This document shows, piece after piece, positions 59,397 to 64,000 of a stretch of DNA of 64,000 nucleotides. Every line of letters begins with the position of its first letter. The first letter of the stretch is position 1. The DNA is from an uncultured Bacilli bacterium. GTDB lineage: Bacteria; Bacillota_I; Bacilli_A; RF39; UBA660. The position numbers and the translations under genes are program-made. The notes under the pieces are model-generated. The model was not told the origin of the DNA. It ran no database searches and saw nothing but the letters and a program-made list of their open reading frames with translations. The DNA lies in assembly GCA_934148845.1 (NCBI GenBank), contig CAKPDH010000001.1, positions 22,586-86,585 on the forward strand. The letters are read 5' to 3'.

Positions 59397-59423
59397 TTCG
59401 ACAAAATATGACAAATATAGACA
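59397..59423 (+). promoter_or_regulatory. Three 10-bp-phased 0A-box-like repeats upstream of spo0A
   Basis: TTCGACAAAA / TATGACAAAT / ATAGACAAAA, with GACA at 59400, 59410 and 59420. The first is the exact complement of the TGTCGAA 0A box. Confidence 0.5.
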
Positions 59424-59495
59424 AAACTAGCTAAAATAAACTCTAGAAGCTTTAAGTTGTATGTAGTATAATCAATAATAGGAAAGAGGTATATT

Positions 59496-60254
59496 ATGGA
59501 CAAGGTTAAAGTTCTAATGATAGATGATAATAAAGAATTGATTGATGCAGTAAAAGAGTATTTTTCAAGTAGTAAACAAATAGAAATAGTTGATGTTGCC
59601 TATGATGGAGTAGAAGGTTTAAAAAAGATAGAAGAGTCTAGTTTTGATGTAGCAGTTTTAGATTTAATAATGCCAAATAAAGATGGACTTTATGTGTTAG
59701 AAGAAATGAAAAAGAAAAAACTTTCAAAAAAAATAATTGTTGCTACTAGCTATAATGCACAAGAAGTAATAAGGGAAGTTTCTGATTATGGAGTTTCTTA
59801 CTATATATTAAAACCTTTTGATTTTAATGATTTAGAAAAAAGAATATTAGATATATGTAATAAGAAAAAAGAAGGTAAAAATATAGATTTACATTATAAT
59901 AATTTACAAATAGCTATTACTAAAATATTACACGAATTAGGTATACCATCACATATAAAAGGATATCAATATATAAGAGATGGTGTAAGTCTAATATTTG
60001 AAAATCCAGAAATGATAGGTGGTATTACTAAAGAATTATATCCAGAACTTGCAGTTAAATTTGATACTACAGTATCAAGAGTAGAAAGAGCAATAAGACA
60101 TGCTATTGAGGTAAGTTGGAACAGAGGAAACTGGGATTTAATGGAAGAAATATTTGGTAATAGTGTAGATATAGATAAAGCTAAACCAACTAATTCAGAA
60201 TTTATAGTAACAGTTGCAGATAAGCTTAGATTGGATTACCATATGGTAAGATAA
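59496..60254 (+). CDS. spo0A: Sporulation master regulator Spo0A
   Basis: Receiver domain (DD...D56-like LDLIMP...K). C-terminal HIKGYQYIRDGV and SRVERAIRHAIEVSWNRGN, KPTNSEFI, which are diagnostic for Spo0A. Confidence 0.95.
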   Translation: MDKVKVLMIDDNKELIDAVKEYFSSSKQIEIVDVAYDGVEGLKKIEESSFDVAVLDLIMPNKDGLYVLEEMKKKKLSKKIIVATSYNAQEVIREVSDYGVSYYILKPFDFNDLEKRILDICNKKKEGKNIDLHYNNLQIAITKILHELGIPSHIKGYQYIRDGVSLIFENPEMIGGITKELYPELAVKFDTTVSRVERAIRHAIEVSWNRGNWDLMEEIFGNSVDIDKAKPTNSEFIVTVADKLRLDYHMVR

Positions 60255-60313
60255 TTAAGCTTTTTTAATTATTGCTATAAATTAACTAAAATGCTAGTAA
60301 AATTAAAAAAACT

Positions 60314-60342
60314 ATTGTATATAAACGAATTTTATGATAGAA
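60314..60342 (+). promoter_or_regulatory. Promoter for rplS (TTGTAT-17 nt-TGaTAGAAT)
   Basis: -35 at 60314-60319, extended -10 ending at 60342. Confidence 0.5.
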
Positions 60343-60401
60343 TTAATAACGTGATCCGCTGACTTGATTATGATCATAATTTAGATAAGGAGAGTGACAT
60401 T

Positions 60402-60755
60402 ATGAATTTAATAGAAAAGATTACTAAGAAACAAATAAGAACAGATATTCCTGAATTTAGATCTGGAGATACTATTAGAGTAGATATTAAAATAGATGAA
60501 ACTGATGCATCAGGAAATAAAAAAGTAAGAATTCAAGCATTTGAAGGAATAGTAATGGCTATTAAAGGATCTGGAGTAAGTAAAACATTTACAGTTAGAA
60601 AAATGTCTGGAAATGTAGGAACTGAAAAAACATTACCTGTCAATTCACCAAGAATTGATAAAATTACAGTAGTAAGAAAAGGTAAAGTTAGAAAAGCTAA
60701 ACCAACTTGGATTAGAAAGTCTTCAAAGACTCCAAAGATTAAAGAAAGAGTATAA
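60402..60755 (+). CDS. rplS: 50S ribosomal protein L19
   Basis: IPEFRSGDTIRV...RIQAFEGIVMAIKG...TFTVRK...GVEKTLPVNSPRIDKI pattern. Confidence 0.95.
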   Translation: MNLIEKITKKQIRTDIPEFRSGDTIRVDIKIDETDASGNKKVRIQAFEGIVMAIKGSGVSKTFTVRKMSGNVGTEKTLPVNSPRIDKITVVRKGKVRKAKPTWIRKSSKTPKIKERV

Positions 60756-60772
60756 GGCTTATGCCTTTTTTT
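60754..60772 (+). terminator. Short hairpin plus T-run after rplS (partial terminator/attenuator)
   Basis: AAGGC-TTAT-GCCTT followed by T7. lepB starts 14 nt later. Confidence 0.4.
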
Positions 60773-60785
60773 CTTAGGAGGAATT

Positions 60786-61289
60786 ATGAATAATAAAGTA
60801 AAAGAGATATTATCATATGTAATAATAATTATTGTAGTTGTGCTTTTTAGAACATTTATAGCAACACCAGTAAGAGTTGATGGAGATTCTATGGATGATA
60901 CTTTAAAAAATAATAATATATTAATTTTAAATAAGCTAGATAAGTCTTATAATAGATTCGATATAGTTGTAATAAAACGTGGTAGGTCTAAGTTAATCAA
61001 AAGAATAATAGGTCTTCCAGGTGAATATATAAAATATAAAAATAATGAATTATATATTAATAATAAAATTATAGATGATGTATCTATATCTAGGACTGGT
61101 GATTTTGATTTAAAAGAATTATATGATGTAGATATTATTCCACCCAATTATTATTTTGTAATGGGAGATAATAGGGGATTATCACTTGATAGTAGATATA
61201 ATCAAATAGGATTAATAAAAAAATCTGATATAGTTGGAACTGTGTCTATAAGAATATTTCCATTTAGTAAAATAGGCAAAATAAAGTAA
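60786..61289 (+). CDS. lepB: Signal peptidase I
   Basis: VDGDSMDDTL (catalytic Ser), KRIIGLPGE (Lys), GDNRGLSLDSR. Confidence 0.9.
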   Translation: MNNKVKEILSYVIIIIVVVLFRTFIATPVRVDGDSMDDTLKNNNILILNKLDKSYNRFDIVVIKRGRSKLIKRIIGLPGEYIKYKNNELYINNKIIDDVSISRTGDFDLKELYDVDIIPPNYYFVMGDNRGLSLDSRYNQIGLIKKSDIVGTVSIRIFPFSKIGKIK

Positions 61290-61306
61290 AGCGCAAACTT
61301 TACTTT

Positions 61307-61762
61307 TTATATGTTTAGAAAAAATATAGATACTATAAGTATGGTAGCAAATAAATTCCAAAATATGTAAGGAATTAAAAATTTTGCAGATTCTTTTTTT
61401 AATTCTTTAGATTCATAGTATAAAAATAATGAACTAATTAAAACTATTACTGTATCTATTAAAGCTAAAAATGGACTTTTTATTTTAAAAAATAAAAATG
61501 TAAATATTTGATTAGTAAAATAATTAATTAATAAAGTTTTATTATATGAAGGAATATCTTTATAATTATAATCTTTATATATTTTATATATACTTATAGA
61601 TATTAAAATATATAATATAGTCCATACTATTACAAATATTATACTTGAAGGAGCAAAAAAAGGTTTATTTAAGTTTTTATAAAAAATATTATCTGATTTA
61701 AATATAATACTACTTATAAACCAAGGTAAAAGAATTAAAAGAAATTTAAAAATTTTTTTCAT
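61307..61762 (-). CDS. TspO/MBR-family membrane protein
   Basis: Five TM. YKNLNKPFFAPSSIIFVIVWTILY, NYFTNQIFTFLFF and LIPYIFWNLFATILI match the TspO pattern (kP.w.Pp..F..vW..LY; N..W..lFF; PY..W..fA..L). Confidence 0.65.
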   Translation of the reverse strand: MKKIFKFLLILLPWFISSIIFKSDNIFYKNLNKPFFAPSSIIFVIVWTILYILISISIYKIYKDYNYKDIPSYNKTLLINYFTNQIFTFLFFKIKSPFLALIDTVIVLISSLFLYYESKELKKESAKFLIPYIFWNLFATILIVSIFFLNI

Positions 61763-61822
61763 GTTACACCTCTTTACATATTATGATAAATGTATTAAAA
61801 TATTAATAAATGGAGTGATAAA

Positions 61823-62986
61823 ATGAATGTTACTTTAAATAAAAATGATGAAGTAGTAATGAAACTTTTACATTATTTTATAACAAATAAAGGTTATAGT
61901 CCTGTTATATTACACGGCGCTAAAGATGAAATTTGGCTTGAAAATAGTGATGCAGAATATAAAATAATAAGAATAGTATCTAATTATATACATAATGATG
62001 AACAATTAAGTTTTGATATATTTAGAACTAAGCAAATATTAAAAAGAATAAAGAAAAAGATGTTTTCCATTAATATGAATACTCTTAGTATATTTGTTAA
62101 TTTAGGTGATAATGTAAATCTTAGGGATAAAGATTATGACAATATTAAATGTGCTTTAGTTAAAGACATTAATGATGTATCTAAGTATTCTTTTATAATA
62201 AATGAGTTTCCTAATATATTAGAAATAGAAAGAACTAATGAAGAAGGAATAGAGCTTTTTATAAAATTAACTGAAGATATAAATAAAAAGAATTATGAAG
62301 AAAGTAAGAAAGCAGAAGATGTATTTAGTAAAAAGACTCCTGTTATGACTTATATATTTATGGGAATATGTGCTATACTTTACATAATATCTTCATTATT
62401 ATCTAAAAATGTATTTAATATTAATCCAAATGTATTAGGACATTTTGGAGGATTGATAAATAGAAATACAATGGGTAGTAATTTAGAATTTTATAGATTA
62501 ATTACTTCTATATTTCTACATGGTGGCTTGATACATTTTATTTTAAATATGTATTCTTTATATATAATAGGTCCACAAATAGAAAGCTTTTATGGCAAGG
62601 TTAAATATAGTATTATATTTATTCTAAGTGGAGTAATAGGTAATTTACTTTCAATGTTATTTTTACAAGACAATGTGGTTAGTGTAGGTGCGAGTGGTGC
62701 AATTTTTGGACTTATGGGTGCTTTACTATATTTTGGATATCATTATAGAGTATATTTAAGTACTGTTATAAAAAGTCAAATAATACCTCTTATTGTAATT
62801 AATTTAGTTCTTGGATTTATGATTTCTGGCGTAAATAATATGGCACATGTAGGAGGATTAATAGGTGGAATATTACTTTCAATGTGTGTTGGTGTAAAGT
62901 ACAAAAGTGCAAAATCTGATATAATTAACGGTATTATTATGACTATTATATTTGTATCAAGTATTTTATATATGATTTTTAGATAA
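61823..62986 (+). CDS. Rhomboid-family intramembrane serine protease with about 170-aa N-terminal cytoplasmic domain
   Basis: FLHGGLIHFILNMYSL, GASGAIFGLMGA (catalytic Ser), AHVGGLIGG (catalytic His). Confidence 0.85.
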   Translation: MNVTLNKNDEVVMKLLHYFITNKGYSPVILHGAKDEIWLENSDAEYKIIRIVSNYIHNDEQLSFDIFRTKQILKRIKKKMFSINMNTLSIFVNLGDNVNLRDKDYDNIKCALVKDINDVSKYSFIINEFPNILEIERTNEEGIELFIKLTEDINKKNYEESKKAEDVFSKKTPVMTYIFMGICAILYIISSLLSKNVFNINPNVLGHFGGLINRNTMGSNLEFYRLITSIFLHGGLIHFILNMYSLYIIGPQIESFYGKVKYSIIFILSGVIGNLLSMLFLQDNVVSVGASGAIFGLMGALLYFGYHYRVYLSTVIKSQIIPLIVINLVLGFMISGVNNMAHVGGLIGGILLSMCVGVKYKSAKSDIINGIIMTIIFVSSILYMIFR

Positions 62987-63107
62987 ATTAAAAATAATAC
63001 TTGCAATTAATTAACAAATAATGTATATTATACATGTACTTATTTCTTGGTTGGGAAATTCTCCAATTTCTAACTAGGTATAAGCGTATTTTATGAAAGG
63101 AGATACT

Positions 63108-63377
63108 ATGGCTATTACAAAAGAAAGAAAAGCTGAACTTGTTAAGAAATTCGGTAAAGATAGTAATGATACTGGTAGTATTGAGGTACAAATAGCTATC
63201 TTAACTGATGAAATTAATGCATTGACTGAACATTTTAAAGTACATGCACAAGATAATCATTCTAAGCGTGGTTTACTTCATAAGGTTGGTCAAAGAAGAA
63301 GCTTACTAAATTATTTAGTTAAAAACGATGTTACAAGATATCGTAAAATTGTTAAAGATTTAGGATTAAGAAAATAA
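63108..63377 (+). CDS. rpsO: 30S ribosomal protein S15
   Basis: [16 protein letters not shown]...[37 protein letters not shown] 63108 after AAGGAGA. Confidence 0.95.
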   Translation: MAITKERKAELVKKFGKDSNDTGSIEVQIAILTDEINALTEHFKVHAQDNHSKRGLLHKVGQRRSLLNYLVKNDVTRYRKIVKDLGLRK

Positions 63378-63390
63378 TTATGAAAAACGT

Positions 63391-63419
63391 AGACACTTAT
63401 TTTAAGTGTCTTTATTTTT
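63391..63419 (+). terminator. Hairpin plus T-run between rpsO and pnp (terminator/processing site)
   Basis: AGACACTT-ATTTT-AAGTGTCT followed by TTATTTTT. Confidence 0.6.
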
Positions 63420-63431
63420 AAAGGAGGATAT

Positions 63432-64000
63432 ATGAAAAAAGTTTTTGAGTTAGATTTTAGGGGAAGAAAATTAGTTGTAGAAATAGGAGAATTAGCGAAG
63501 CAAGCACATGGCGCTGTATTAGTTAGGTATGGAGATACTGTAATTTTATCTACTGCAGTTGTAAGTAAGACAGCAAACGTTCTATCAGATTTCTTTCCTT
63601 TAATGGTTTTATATCAAGAAAAATTATATTCTGTTGGTAAAATACCAGGAGGATTTATTAAAAGAGAAGGAAGGCCTACAGATGCAGCAACACTTGCAGC
63701 ACGTATGATAGATAGACCTATGAGACCAATGTTTCCTGAAAATTTCAGAAATGAGGTGCAAATAGTAAATACAGTGTTATCTGTAGATCCAGATAATTCA
63801 CCAGAACTTACTGCTATGTTTGGATCATCACTTTCAACAAGTATATCAAAAATACCATTTGATGGACCAATTGCTGGTGTAAAAGTAGGAAGAGTAGATG
63901 GAAAGTTTATTATTAATCCTACTGTAGAGGAAGCAGAAAAATCAGATATAGATTTAACTGTTGCTGGAACAAAAGAAGCAATAAATATGGTTGAAGCAGG
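63432..64000 (+). CDS. pnp: Polyribonucleotide nucleotidyltransferase (PNPase), N-terminal part; 3' end outside window
   Basis: Own translation from ATG 63432 after AAGGAGG: [43 protein letters not shown]...[14 protein letters not shown]...R..DRP.RP.FP. The frame stays open to the window end. Confidence 0.9.
   Translation, partial: MKKVFELDFRGRKLVVEIGELAKQAHGAVLVRYGDTVILSTAVVSKTANVLSDFFPLMVLYQEKLYSVGKIPGGFIKREGRPTDAATLAARMIDRPMRPMFPENFRNEVQIVNTVLSVDPDNSPELTAMFGSSLSTSISKIPFDGPIAGVKVGRVDGKFIINPTVEEAEKSDIDLTVAGTKEAINMVEA

Noticed and set aside
60343-60401. Possible L19 leader upstream of rplS (GTGATC...GATCAT short inverted repeat).
   Set aside because: There is only a 5-6 bp complementary pair. 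That is insufficient evidence without a covariance-model search.
62988-63191. 67-aa minus-strand ORF overlapping the rpsO start region. The minus-strand ORFs 45032-45250, 54846-55031, 56940-57182 and 59199-59414 are similar cases.
   Set aside because: They overlap promoters or 5' ends of conserved + strand genes, lack an RBS and have no recognisable features.
1-64000. Searched by eye for CRISPR arrays, tRNA or rRNA genes, IS elements/transposases, integrases and long direct or inverted repeats.
   Set aside because: None recognised. Intergenic regions are short (at most about 220 nt) and are accounted for by promoters, leaders and terminators. A tRNAscan/Infernal/ISfinder run would be needed to be certain.
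1-64000. Mollicutes-type genetic code (TGA = Trp), considered because of the extreme AT content.
   Set aside because: Conserved Trp positions (for example in RpoB/RpoC, AckA and Pgk) are encoded by TGG. TGA also closes well-defined ORFs (for example 50270-50272 and 47764-47766).

Overview
This is an AT-rich (roughly 27-30% GC by eye) chromosomal segment from a spore-forming Firmicute (Bacillota). Spo0A is present, and the genetic code is standard: TGA is used as a stop and Trp is TGG. No finer taxon can be assigned without a database search. Nearly all genes are on the + strand with short intergenic spacers. Most are housekeeping genes: nrdD/nrdG, lspA-rluD, pyrH, secE-nusG-rplKAJL-(ybxB-like methyltransferase)-rpoBC, murE-mraY, fmt, rpsU-yqeY, lysS, ackA, nrnA, pgk, spo0A, rplS-lepB and rpsO-pnp. 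Accessory and envelope genes sit between them:
- a GH25 muramidase wedged between nusG and rplK
- three LtaS/sulfatase-family paralogs, two of them in tandem
- a CapA-ASCH-GNAT-VanZ-PAP2 operon
- a membrane-anchored serpin
- an orphan XRE-TM / holin / M23-LysM endolysin cassette
- a TetR-MMPL-YhgE-like efflux module
- a second, divergent MurE paralog
- a 12-Cys surface protein
- a compact bacteriocin locus

The strongest hunt result is in the 613-nt gap of the ORF track (50273-50885). It holds two unannotated double-glycine-leader peptides and a small hydrophobic ORF, directly downstream of a C39-peptidase ABC exporter and a very short accessory protein. I read this as a candidate two-peptide bacteriocin system, and I do not recognise the mature peptides as any named bacteriocin. 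Other notable items:
- an NrdD whose glycyl-radical domain is on a separate ORF
- a MurE paralog lacking the DNPR motif
- an apparent ATT start codon on the ABC exporter
- three 10-bp-phased 0A-box-like repeats upstream of spo0A
- secE, which is missing from the track

I saw no rRNA, tRNA, CRISPR array, transposase or integrase. All functional calls rest on motif recognition from memory. No searches or computations were run.
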